A stretch of 64,000 bases of DNA from an uncultured Acidobacteriota bacterium (GTDB lineage: Bacteria > Acidobacteriota > JAQAZP01): contig CAWIIB010000001.1 in assembly GCA_963836075.1 (NCBI GenBank), positions 1,472,001 through 1,536,000 of the forward strand, given 5' to 3'. Under the pieces are notes generated by a model. That model was not told where the DNA came from, made no database searches, and saw only the letters and a program-made list of their open reading frames with translations. Position 1 is the stretch's first letter. Each line of letters opens with the position of its first letter. The position numbers and the translations under genes are program-made. This document shows positions 11,179 through 20,726 of the stretch, one piece after another.

Positions 11179-11486
11179 CCTGTCACAGTCCTTGATGCCT
11201 TTGCACTATGGATATAGTGAGTGGGCACGGTGGAATCCCTGCACCCCCAAAATTCGCATTGAAATCTGAACCAAACTCGATTCAATTGTGGGAAACCCCA
11301 GGCGAGTGCCTTGAGAGCATTGCCGCATTGAATCGAACAGTCTCGGGAGGTCAATCATGTTCGGACGCACAAGCAGAAAAATACTCTTGGCAGCCATACT
11401 CATGACGTTGCCGTTGGCGGTGGCCCATGGTGCCGACAACACCCTGGAGCGCATGGACGGATGGCCGTACGCCGGAGCGCGCGCCG
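11179..11486 (+). repeat. 308-bp promoter/5'-leader/signal-peptide cassette, copy 1
   Basis: Aligns over its whole length with 13662..13969; the last 34 nt (atggacggatggccgtacgccggagcgcgcgccg) are identical. Confidence 0.9.
11277..11336 (+). promoter_or_regulatory. Candidate structured 5'-UTR RNA element, copy 1
   Basis: tcgattcaat/attgaatcga 10-bp closing stem encloses two hairpins (tgggaaacccca; ggcgagtgc..gcattgcc), directly before the GGGAGG RBS. Pairing is retained in the diverged copy 2. Confidence 0.45.
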
Positions 11487-13630
11487 TGGCCGTCGATGCC
11501 GCCCGCGATCTCGTCTATCTCGGCAGCGGCGGAGCGGTTCTCGTTCTCGACATGAGCGATCCCGCCGACCCGCAACTGGTCTCCGACAGTCTGCATACCG
11601 ACGGCCATGTCCGCGACTTGCGCTACGACGGAGCGAACCAGCATCTCTGTGTGGCGGATTGGCGGACCGGTCTCGAAATCTGGGACCTCGAGGACCCGCA
11701 GAATCCGGAGCGGCTCAGTTCGGTGCCGGTGTATTACTCGGGTACGGACGCCGACTTCCCGACCGACGGCCTCGTTATCCTGGGCGAGTACCTCTATATC
11801 AACGCCAACGATGCCCGCGTCCACGCCTTTGACATCTCGGATGCCGCCAACCCTGTCGATCTCGGCGTGCAGGCCGGTCCGTTCTGGTACTACATCGAGG
11901 ACCGGGATACGGATGACGTGGCCGCCTCAGGCGGCTACCTGTACGTCGGGGGCAGCGGCGGCCTGGCCAAGTACCTGATCCACGCGGATGGAACGCTGGA
12001 GAAGGTCGGAGAAAACCTCTACTCCAACCTGGGCTGCATGGAAGCGAAGAATCCGTACGTGTATGCGGGCGTCTCCGGCGGTCTCGGGGTATTCGATGTG
12101 AGCTATTCCTACCCGGAGCTGGTGGGGTCCGCAAACGTGTCCGAGGGACTGAACGACCTGGCGCTGATTGGAAATAACGTGGTGGCCGTGAACCGCGACG
12201 GCCTACTCGTCTTCGATGTCTCCACACCGCCGTCACCACAGCAGATCGCGTCCCTGGCGCTGCCTGACGAGGGACACCGGGTGCGGTTCGACGGTGATAT
12301 CGCCTATGTCGCCTGTGAAGGAGCGGGCCTCCAGGTGGTCGATATCAGCGATCTGTACAACCCCGTCCTCATCGGCAGCTACGACACGGTGGGTTCGACG
12401 GCCGCGGTGATGGTCGCCGGAGACTATGCCTTCCTCGGCCAGAGCACTGACGGCCTGGTGATCACGGATATCAGCAATCCGAACGCCGTCCAGACCGTGG
12501 GCACGTCCGAAGGCGGCTCGGCCATTGAGTCCCTGCTGCTCGGCGACTATCTCTATGTTACCGACTATTACACCCCGGCGTTGCACGTCTTCGATGTCAG
12601 TGACGTGTCGAACCCGGTCGAGGTTGGCGCCGTCTCCGACTTCACCGCGGTCGACCTGGCGACCGACGGCGAGTTCCTCTACGCCACGCGCTTCTCGGTG
12701 GCCACGCAGCTCTACTACCTGCACGTCTTCGACCTGTCGGATCCCACCTCGCCGGTGGAGCTGAGCACGATTCCAATGTCGCCTCACATCCTCGAACTCG
12801 ATTACGCGAATGATCATCTGTTCGCCATCGAGTTCTACGACACGGGCCTGCACATCATCAACGTTTCCGATCCGTACAATCCATTCGAGGACGCCTTCTA
12901 TCCCGTTGACTGGGGCGAGGATGTCTGCACCCAGGGGAATTACGCCTTCGTGACCTCATTCCACCAGGGCCTGCTCGTGCTGGACATCAGCGAGCCGGCC
13001 AGCCCGACCCTTGCCGGAAACTTCTACGAGGTATTCCAGTTCGGCGATGTGGCCGTCACCGGCGACCTGGCCTTCATCACCACGGGGACCACCGGAGAGC
13101 AGTACCTGCGGCTCTACGATGTGAGCGATCTGGGCAACATCAACGAACTCGACCGGATGCTCCTGCCCGGCGACGCCTGGGACCTGACGGCTCAAGACGG
13201 CTTTGCCTACGTTGCCGACGGGTTTGCCGGCCTCCAGGTCATCAGCGCCGGAGCGGATGTCCCGACCATCGGCGCGGAGTTCAGCTGTGTGCCCTCATCC
13301 GGCACGGTGCCCTTCAGCACCCAGATGACCGTGACCCTGGCCAACCTGTACACCGGTGAGCGCCGCCGGATCGCCGGCCGGATCGACATCACTCTGGCCG
13401 GCGGTTACTCGTTCCCCAGCTGGCGCACGGGGTATGCCAACGTGGCCGCCGGCGGTGGATACACCACGGCCTGGGTGACCGACATCCCGGCAATCGGCTC
13501 GGTGGTCGGGGACAACACGTTCCAGCTCTTTGTCGAAGACGTCACCCCTTCGCCTTTCAATCAGCCGCCTTACCCGCCGGCAGGCGACACCGCAAACGCT
13601 GCTTGCACGGTGACCGGCGTAGCACCGTGA
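11357..13630 (+). CDS. Secreted LVIVD-repeat beta-propeller protein with C-terminal CTD-A
   Basis: Signal peptide; many GL.V.D(I/V)S.P..P repeats; CTD-A from ~13268. Confidence 0.92.
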   Translation: MFGRTSRKILLAAILMTLPLAVAHGADNTLERMDGWPYAGARAVAVDAARDLVYLGSGGAVLVLDMSDPADPQLVSDSLHTDGHVRDLRYDGANQHLCVADWRTGLEIWDLEDPQNPERLSSVPVYYSGTDADFPTDGLVILGEYLYINANDARVHAFDISDAANPVDLGVQAGPFWYYIEDRDTDDVAASGGYLYVGGSGGLAKYLIHADGTLEKVGENLYSNLGCMEAKNPYVYAGVSGGLGVFDVSYSYPELVGSANVSEGLNDLALIGNNVVAVNRDGLLVFDVSTPPSPQQIASLALPDEGHRVRFDGDIAYVACEGAGLQVVDISDLYNPVLIGSYDTVGSTAAVMVAGDYAFLGQSTDGLVITDISNPNAVQTVGTSEGGSAIESLLLGDYLYVTDYYTPALHVFDVSDVSNPVEVGAVSDFTAVDLATDGEFLYATRFSVATQLYYLHVFDLSDPTSPVELSTIPMSPHILELDYANDHLFAIEFYDTGLHIINVSDPYNPFEDAFYPVDWGEDVCTQGNYAFVTSFHQGLLVLDISEPASPTLAGNFYEVFQFGDVAVTGDLAFITTGTTGEQYLRLYDVSDLGNINELDRMLLPGDAWDLTAQDGFAYVADGFAGLQVISAGADVPTIGAEFSCVPSSGTVPFSTQMTVTLANLYTGERRRIAGRIDITLAGGYSFPSWRTGYANVAAGGGYTTAWVTDIPAIGSVVGDNTFQLFVEDVTPSPFNQPPYPPAGDTANAACTVTGVAP

Positions 13631-13661
13631 GAATTCTGTGAAACAGGAGGGGGATTACCAG

Positions 13662-13969
13662 CCTGTCACAGTCTTTGAAGCGTTTGCATATAAGGATATA
13701 GTGAGTGGGCACGGGAAATCCCCGCACACCCCAAATCCGCATTGAAATCTGAACCACACTCCGGTCAATTATGGGAAACCCCAGGCGGGTGCCGTGAGGG
13801 CAGCGCCGAAATGACTCGGACAGTCTCGGGAGGTCAACTATGTTCGGAGGCACTAGCAAGAAATTATTTTTGGTAACTTTACTCATGACGTTGTCGTTGG
13901 CGATGGCCCAGGGTGACGAGATCACCCTGGATCGAATGGACGGATGGCCGTACGCCGGAGCGCGCGCCG
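13662..13969 (+). repeat. 308-bp promoter/5'-leader/signal-peptide cassette, copy 2
   Basis: Diverged copy of 11179..11486; similarity stops abruptly after the codons for MDGWPYAGARA. Confidence 0.9.
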
Positions 13970-16249
13970 GCCAGACCATCTTCGGTGAACCGCAGTACTG
14001 GGGCTTCGCGGGCGGCTTCGCCACCGTCCCCGGCGACTTCGACAACGACGGTGACGCCGACCTCTTCACCGTCCATCCGCCCGTCTACGACAGCTTCGGC
14101 CAGCTCATCTACCCGGGCGACTACACGATCAATTTCAACACCGACGGCCTGGGCTCTTTCAGCTCCCAGACACTCATCGACTCGCAGGGTGCCTACAGAG
14201 TCCTGGCCGAAGACCTTAACGACGACAACGCCCTCGACATCATCGACGGCGACCTCGGCGTCATGCTCGGCAACGGCGACGGAACCTTCGGCCCGATCAT
14301 CCAGTACAGCAACGGCAGCGGCCACGGCCCGGCCCTCCGCGTCGCCTTCGGCGACATGGACGGTGACGATGACACCGATATCATCGTCCCCAACGACGGC
14401 CCGGTCCTGCTCAATTACGGTGACGGCACCTTCTACACCAACTTCGTCTCGAGCGATGTCGCCGCCGGCACTGCTGTCGGCGTCGGCGATATCAACGAGG
14501 ACGGCCATCTCGACGTCGCCACCATCCGCAGCGCCTACGACGTCGTCAACATCCAGCTCGGCCTCGGAGATGGTTTCGGCAACCCGGGTGAGTCCTACAC
14601 CGTCCCCATCGGCGGGGAATACCCGATCGATATGGCCCTCACCGATATGAATGGCGATGACCACCTCGACCTCGTAACCCTGAACGACGACACCGACGAT
14701 GTCACCGTCATCCTCGGCAACGGCGACGGCACGTTCGGCGCCCCGGCGACCTACGACCCGCACGAGCCGGCGTATTACGTTGTGGAAGTATTCAAGGTCG
14801 CGGACGTCAGCGGCGATGGCGCCCCGGATGTGATGGTCACCAGTACCGGTCTACGGCGACGCAGAGAGTCATCAGGAGTCCGGGCTGTTGCTCAACGACG
14901 GCGCCGGCGGACTCGCGCTCGTTCAGACGATCGAGCGCTTCGGTCAGCTCGGCGAGAACATCGTCGCCGCCGATCTCAACGACGACGGCAATACCGATCT
15001 CGCCAACGCATCCCACCTGCTGTTCAATCAGCTTCCGGCAACGACCGGCATGGGCGTGCAGCCGCTCGACGACTTCTTCTCCATCGGGCCGTATGGCGGT
15101 CCGTTCGACCCGCCGAGCAAGACCTACACGCTGGCTAACAACGAGGCGTTCCCGATCGAATACAGCGCCGGCGCGGACGCCGACTGGATCACCATCGACA
15201 ACACGGGCGGGATGATCCCGGCCGGCGAAAGCATCGACGTCACCGTCAGCATCAACGGGAACGCGGAGTCGCTGCCGCACGGCGACTACTCGGCTCTGGT
15301 GTCGCTCGTCAACCTGACCAATCATCACGGCGACCGCACGCGGGGCGTCACGCTGCAGGTCGGCATCCCCCAGGTGGTCTACTCGTTCCCCCTGGATACC
15401 GATCCCGGCTGGCAGACCGAGGGCGACTGGGCCTTCGGCCAGCCCACCGGCCAGGGCGGCGCGCACGGCTCGCCCGATCCGACCAGCGGATACACCGGAC
15501 CGAACGTGTACGGCTACAACCTGAACGGCGACTACTCGGGCTTCCTGTGGGATACGAATCTCACCACCGGCGCCATCGACTGCTCGAACCTGAGCCACGT
15601 GACTTTGCGCTTCCGGCGCTGGCTCGGGGTGCGGGATCAACCCGATAATGCCTACGTCCGCCTGAGCACCGACGGCGACTTCTTCCTCTACGTGTGGTTC
15701 AACGAGAATGAGGTCTACGATAACGACTGGCAACTCGTGGAGTACGACATCTCCGGCTTCGCCGACGGCGAGTCGACCGTGTATCTCCAGTGGACCCTGG
15801 GTCCGACCTATAGCGGCGGCGCCTGCGGATGGAACATCGACGACGTCGAAATCCTGGCTGTCGAGAATGGCGCATCGCCGTCCACGGTAGATGCCGGCAT
15901 GAGTTGCTCCCCATCCTCCGGCACCCTGCCATTTTCCGAGCACTTCGGGGCGACGTTGACCAACCAGTACAAGAATTTCAATCGTGTCATCAACGGCCGA
16001 ATCAGTGTGGCCCTTGCCGGCGGCCAGTTCTACTCCAACTGGAAATCGGGGCAGGTGACCCTGGGCGGAGGCGAATCCTACACCAGGTCGTTCAACCAGG
16101 TTCTGCCGAATCTCGGTGCGCTCATCGGCACAAACACCTTCACCCTGGTCGCGGAAGACACGACGCCCGCGCCGTACAATCAGCCGCCCTACCCGCCCGC
16201 TGGTGATACAGCCACAGCCACTTGTACCGTGACGGGGGTTGCGCCATAG
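13840..16249 (+). CDS. Secreted FG-GAP repeat + BACON-like Ig + MAM/ConA-like module + CTD-A protein (frameshift ~14848)
   Basis: ORFs 13840..15138 and 14888..16249 join. FG-GAP repeats continue in the second frame (VYGDAESHQESGLLLNDGAGG), followed by ADWITID..GGMIPAGES, WQTEGDWAFGQPTG..WNIDDV and CTD-A. Confidence 0.85.
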
Positions 16250-16294
16250 CATGACCTTCAGAGATGACGACAGGCAGGCCAGAGCCCTTCCCTC

Positions 16295-16325
16295 ATGCAC
16301 CACGAAGGGGACCTTCGTGGTGCAT
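16295..16325. terminator. Perfect 14-bp hairpin between convergent genes
   Basis: atgcaccacgaagg-gga-ccttcgtggtgcat. Confidence 0.55.
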
Positions 16326-16432
16326 TTAAGAGGAAGTCGGAACACTCCGCAGCAGACTCAACCTGGCCGCGGACTGCGGAGTGCCCGACCTATCTGGATG
16401 GGCGCATCGAATTCGGTAAGAGCCGCAAGTTC

Positions 16433-17518
16433 TCACAGGGGGCAGTCGAACGTAGGGTCCACCGCGCAGCGGTAGAAGGTCCGGAACCCCGTGACCGCCT
16501 CGTCCAGACCGGGGATGTTGGCCATGATGTCGCCCTCGGTGTAGTAGTCCCGCGAGTAGTAGACCCGCGTGCCCCAGCCGCGGAACTTGACGATCGACAT
16601 GCCCTTGGCGCTGAAGGGGACGCCACCGAACTGGCCGACCATCGTCCAGGTCGCCGTATACACACCGTTGATCAGGCTCTCGTCTTCGACCGTGGTGACG
16701 AGGTCCGGCGAACTGCTGAACAACCGGCCGAGGAACTCCGTCATCGTGCCGATGCCATCGATCTCGACGATCGGGTCGCGATACGCGATGTCGGCGGTGT
16801 AGTAGGGCAGTAGGGATTGCCAGTTCTCGGCGTTTATCTCGACGAGCGCACGGGCGATCTCCATCCGCTGCCAGCGGAGCCAGAGCCTGGAACGGTCCCG
16901 GTCATCGTCATCGCCATCGCCCGCAATGAAGGAGCCGCTTATCGGCTTGACCCCGGGAAGGGCGTCGTACGAGGTGCCCTCGAATGGGCAGTCGAAGGTG
17001 GGATCCACCGCGCAGCGGTAGAAGGTCCTGAAACCGATCACCGCCTCGTCGAGACCGGGGATATTGATCATGATGTCGTTCTCGGAGTAGTAATCCCGCT
17101 GATAGTAGACCCGCGTGCTCAAACCGCGGAACTTGATGATCGAAATGCCCTTGGCGCTGTAGGGAACGCCGCTGAACTGGCCGACCATCGTCCAGGTTGC
17201 CGTGTAGGTGCCGCGGACCAGGGTCTCGTCCTCAATCGTCGTGACGAGGTCCGGCGAGCTGCCGAACAGCCGCCCGAGGAACTCCGTCATCGTTTCGATG
17301 CCGTAAATGTCGACGATCGGATCGTGGTATTCGATGTCGTTGGCGTAGTACGGCAAAATGGATGGCCAGTTCGTCGACTGCACTTCGATCAGGGCGCGCC
17401 CGACCTCCATCCGCTCCTGGTAAAGCCGGCCGAAACCGGAAGCCTCTGCGTCGCAAAAGACAGGCAGGAGCATGAGGGTGCACAAGATAACTACTGCTGG
17501 TCCTGAGAGCTTCTTCAT
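16433..17518 (-). CDS. Secreted tandem SnoaL/NTF2-like domain protein
   Basis: GAGGAG RBS, signal peptide, two near-identical ~145-aa units (YY..DI.Y.DPIV.I.GI..MTEFL...WTMVGQF.GVP.SAKG.SI.KF...RDYY...YRCAVDPTFDCP). Confidence 0.9.
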   Translation of the reverse strand: MKKLSGPAVVILCTLMLLPVFCDAEASGFGRLYQERMEVGRALIEVQSTNWPSILPYYANDIEYHDPIVDIYGIETMTEFLGRLFGSSPDLVTTIEDETLVRGTYTATWTMVGQFSGVPYSAKGISIIKFRGLSTRVYYQRDYYSENDIMINIPGLDEAVIGFRTFYRCAVDPTFDCPFEGTSYDALPGVKPISGSFIAGDGDDDDRDRSRLWLRWQRMEIARALVEINAENWQSLLPYYTADIAYRDPIVEIDGIGTMTEFLGRLFSSSPDLVTTVEDESLINGVYTATWTMVGQFGGVPFSAKGMSIVKFRGWGTRVYYSRDYYTEGDIMANIPGLDEAVTGFRTFYRCAVDPTFDCPL

Positions 17519-17767
17519 TCTGGTTCTCCTCTGGATGATGAAGTGGTCAACGAGATCGGCCACTCAACGACCGACCCGCCAACTGACGATGGGCGATATT
17601 CATCGCAACACTAGATGACTGTCGGCAAAGCAGGAAATGGTCGGGGAAATGCCAGCGGGGGACCTGTGTGCCTCATCCACCGAACACGACGATCAGTGCC
17701 CAGAGGGCATTGAACCGAGTCAATTTCTGCATCACTTTCGTCCATTCCTCTTGATCACAGTCGCTTG

Positions 17768-17796
17768 TTTGTAGCACCAAACAGATAATTTGTCAA
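17768..17796 (-). promoter_or_regulatory. sigma70-type promoter candidate for the SnoaL gene
   Basis: Minus strand TTGACA-N17-TACAAA with a TG extension, next to an AT-rich tract. Confidence 0.5.
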
Positions 17797-17943
17797 TATA
17801 TTTATAGATATTATATAGATATATTTTAGTCAACGCCAAAGAGCGCACTTCAGAAACGCTCTCCTTTTTTCTGTACGAATTGCAGCCATTGAGGTGGAGT
17901 AATGACGAGGCCCTGATGTATGGCGGGATAAAGTAGACCGAGT

Positions 17944-18990
17944 CTACGGAAGGAGTTCCCACCGGGCGCCCCGCCCACGTCCGCTGAGTCGAAGCTTACC
18001 CTGCTTCTTCAACTCGGCCAGGACCTTCTTGATCAGTTGGGGACTCACCATGGGAAGTTGGGCTGCAAGGTCGCCGAGAGTAAACAGTTCCACCTGGGCA
18101 AGAACAGCCTTTTTGATGAGATCACTCTTGGCCGGACGGGCTTCCACTGTTCCAACCTGCCGCTCAAACTCCCTGTAGGCTCGGTGCAGGACACCTAAAA
18201 AGTAGTTCCACCAGGGGACAATGCTGTTCTGGCCTTCATGCCAACCGATGGAACACTCTTCGAGCACGCGGTAATACTCGTCCTTGCTGTCCTCCACCAG
18301 ACGCTCCAGACTGATATAACGTGCCACCTCATAACCATCTGTCTGAAGCAGCAGTGTCGTTGCGAGGCGGGAGACGCGTCCATTCCCGTCAAGGAACGGA
18401 TGGATGCACAAGAGGTCGAGAACGAAAGTGCCGATAGCCAGCAAGGGCGGGACCCGCTGGTTTTCTTTAGTATTGCGGTAATTCCTGCAGAGCGACTCCA
18501 CGGTTCTTGGGGTGGCGCTGGCAGAAGTGGGAATGAACCGAACCCTCCTCTCGCCATTGGGCAGGATTTCGATGATCTCATTGTCCCGCTGTTTCCACTC
18601 CCCGGCATCACCCGAAAGCCCTCCCTGTGCCATGGCATGAAACCGCTGGATGACCGCCGGTGTGATGGGCACTCTTCTCTTACGTGAAAAGATCCAGTCC
18701 AGAACCTTGCGATACCCCGCAAGTTCTTCTTCCGAGCGATCCCTGGGCTTGACCCCACCCTGGACAACAGGTCGAAGCCTGTGCGACGGAATCGTCACCC
18801 CCTCGATGCGGTTCGATGATTCGACACTCTGGATAATTGCCTGCTCGCGGAGCGCGTCCAGCACTTCCGGTTTCTGTCTAATCCAAAGATCCTGTTTCCC
18901 CCGTGCCTCCATGCAGGAGGCGAGAAGCCACCCCGTGCCGACCGGGATCGACATCTTCATGAGTTTGGCCGGATCAAGAGATAACACCAT
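17944..18990 (-). CDS. Fic family protein with C-terminal winged-HTH
   Basis: Canonical HPFLDGNGRVSR motif; SSNRIEG inhibitory-type motif; C-terminal ..L..L...G.L...GRGRGARW. Confidence 0.93.
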   Translation of the reverse strand: MVLSLDPAKLMKMSIPVGTGWLLASCMEARGKQDLWIRQKPEVLDALREQAIIQSVESSNRIEGVTIPSHRLRPVVQGGVKPRDRSEEELAGYRKVLDWIFSRKRRVPITPAVIQRFHAMAQGGLSGDAGEWKQRDNEIIEILPNGERRVRFIPTSASATPRTVESLCRNYRNTKENQRVPPLLAIGTFVLDLLCIHPFLDGNGRVSRLATTLLLQTDGYEVARYISLERLVEDSKDEYYRVLEECSIGWHEGQNSIVPWWNYFLGVLHRAYREFERQVGTVEARPAKSDLIKKAVLAQVELFTLGDLAAQLPMVSPQLIKKVLAELKKQGKLRLSGRGRGARWELLP

Positions 18991-19642
18991 TCCTCTCCCC
19001 TGCTATCAGTGGCCTAATAATAGCCTATTACCAAATTAATAGCCAATTCACTACGGGCGGCCTCTTGAAGGCTTGTGGCGAGAGACGTTCGTAATCAGCG
19101 GCATTCGGGGAGCCATTTTTCTGCACTACAATACCTCCCGTCCCTGAAAAAGCAGACCTGAAAGGCTGCTCCAGCAAATTCGGGTGAGCACACACGATCC
19201 CATTGCATCACATCCTGCCTGAGATTTCTGGCCAGCTCGAACATCTAACGGGCCTCCTGATCCGAGCGGCGGCGGAAAGGAGGGCGGAATTGTAAGCGAT
19301 GTTGAATTACCAGTCCGGGCTGAGGCCTGTTAGTGGCCGAGGACATCACTCCATCGCCATACAACCAGCCGCCCTACCCTCCGGCGGGTGACACTGCGAC
19401 TGCCTCATGCACGGTGACGGGGATCGCGCCTTGATGGAACACCCGGCATCGGCTCGGGACACAAGCTCCGCCGTCAAGTGGACATCTGTAAAGTAGAGAT
19501 TCTTGCCTGCCACCCATCCCACCACCACAGCACACATTGCCTAAGTTGGCTACATGCAATAGCATGTCAATATCGTAAACAGCAATCCGCAAAACGGATA
19601 AATGAAACACCGCTTCACGTCATCTCACGGAAGGAGTCAACC

Positions 19643-20710
19643 ATGGGATTCATGGATTTCATCAAGGGTGAACTGCTCGAGATCATCGAGTGGACGGACG
19701 ACTCGCGCGACATCCTGGCTTACCGGTTTCCGGACGAAGACAAGGCGATCAAGAACGGCGCCCAATTGATCGTCCGGGAATCTCAGATCGCCCAGTTCGT
19801 CTATCTGGGCGAGTTCGGCGACACCTTCGGACCCGGCAAGCACAGCCTGACCACCGACAACATCCCGATCCTGACCCGTCTGAAATCCTGGAAGTTCGGC
19901 TTCGAGTCGCCGTTCAAGGCTGACGTCTACTATCTCAACACGCGACTGTTCACCGGCAACAAGTGGGGCACGTCAAACCCGATCATGATGCGCGACAATG
20001 ATTTCGGTATCGTCCGCGCGCGAGCCTTCGGCACCTACGATTTCCGTATCGTCGACCCCAAGATCTTCCTCAAGGAGGTCGCCGGCTCCGATCACAATTT
20101 CCGGCTGGACGAATTCTCGGAGACGATGCGCTCGCGCATCGTGAGTGTCTTCAGCGATGCCCTCGCGACGTCGAACATCCCGGTGCTCGACGCCGCCACG
20201 AAGTACACGGAACTCGGCGAAGCGCTGCTGCCGCTGATCAACCCCGCGATGATCGCGAAGTACGGCCTCGAGATCACCAGCTTCATCCTCGAGAACATCT
20301 CCGTGCCCCCCGAGGTCGAGGAGGCGATCGACAAGCGCTCGGGCATGGCCGCGGTGGGAGACCTCAACGACTACGTCAAGTACCAGTTGGGACAGGGAAT
20401 GGAATCGGGCGGCGGCGGTTCCGGCGGGATGGCCACCGAGATGGCGGTGGGGCTCGCCATCGCCCAGCAGATCATGCAGCAACAGGGGGCCGGTCTGACC
20501 CCCGGCACGCCGGCCGGAGCTTCCGCGGCCCCGGCGATGGGCGGATCGTTGCTTCCAGACCTGATGTCCGTCGAACAGGTGGCCCAGGCGTTGGGCGTCT
20601 CGACGGACGACGTGTCGAGTATCATCGAGTCGGGCGAACTCGCGGCCAAAAAGATCGGATCGTCGGTGCGGATCAAGCGCTCGGCCCTCGAAGCCTATCT
20701 CGCCGACTGA
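19643..20710 (+). CDS. SPFH/band-7 (YdjI-like) protein with C-terminal excisionase-type HTH
   Basis: IKNGAQLIVRESQ, FGPGKH.L.TDNIP, KWGT.NP, RAFGTY; tail LMSVEQVAQALGVS...I.SGEL.AKKIG..VRI. Confidence 0.9.
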   Translation: MGFMDFIKGELLEIIEWTDDSRDILAYRFPDEDKAIKNGAQLIVRESQIAQFVYLGEFGDTFGPGKHSLTTDNIPILTRLKSWKFGFESPFKADVYYLNTRLFTGNKWGTSNPIMMRDNDFGIVRARAFGTYDFRIVDPKIFLKEVAGSDHNFRLDEFSETMRSRIVSVFSDALATSNIPVLDAATKYTELGEALLPLINPAMIAKYGLEITSFILENISVPPEVEEAIDKRSGMAAVGDLNDYVKYQLGQGMESGGGGSGGMATEMAVGLAIAQQIMQQQGAGLTPGTPAGASAAPAMGGSLLPDLMSVEQVAQALGVSTDDVSSIIESGELAAKKIGSSVRIKRSALEAYLAD

Positions 20711-20726
20711 ACTCGGGCGACCCGCC

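Noticed and set aside
16433-17400. SnoaL duplication or CTD-A copies as DGR template/variable repeats
   Set aside because: No reverse transcriptase in the window; all copies are coding and differences do not look adenine-restricted.
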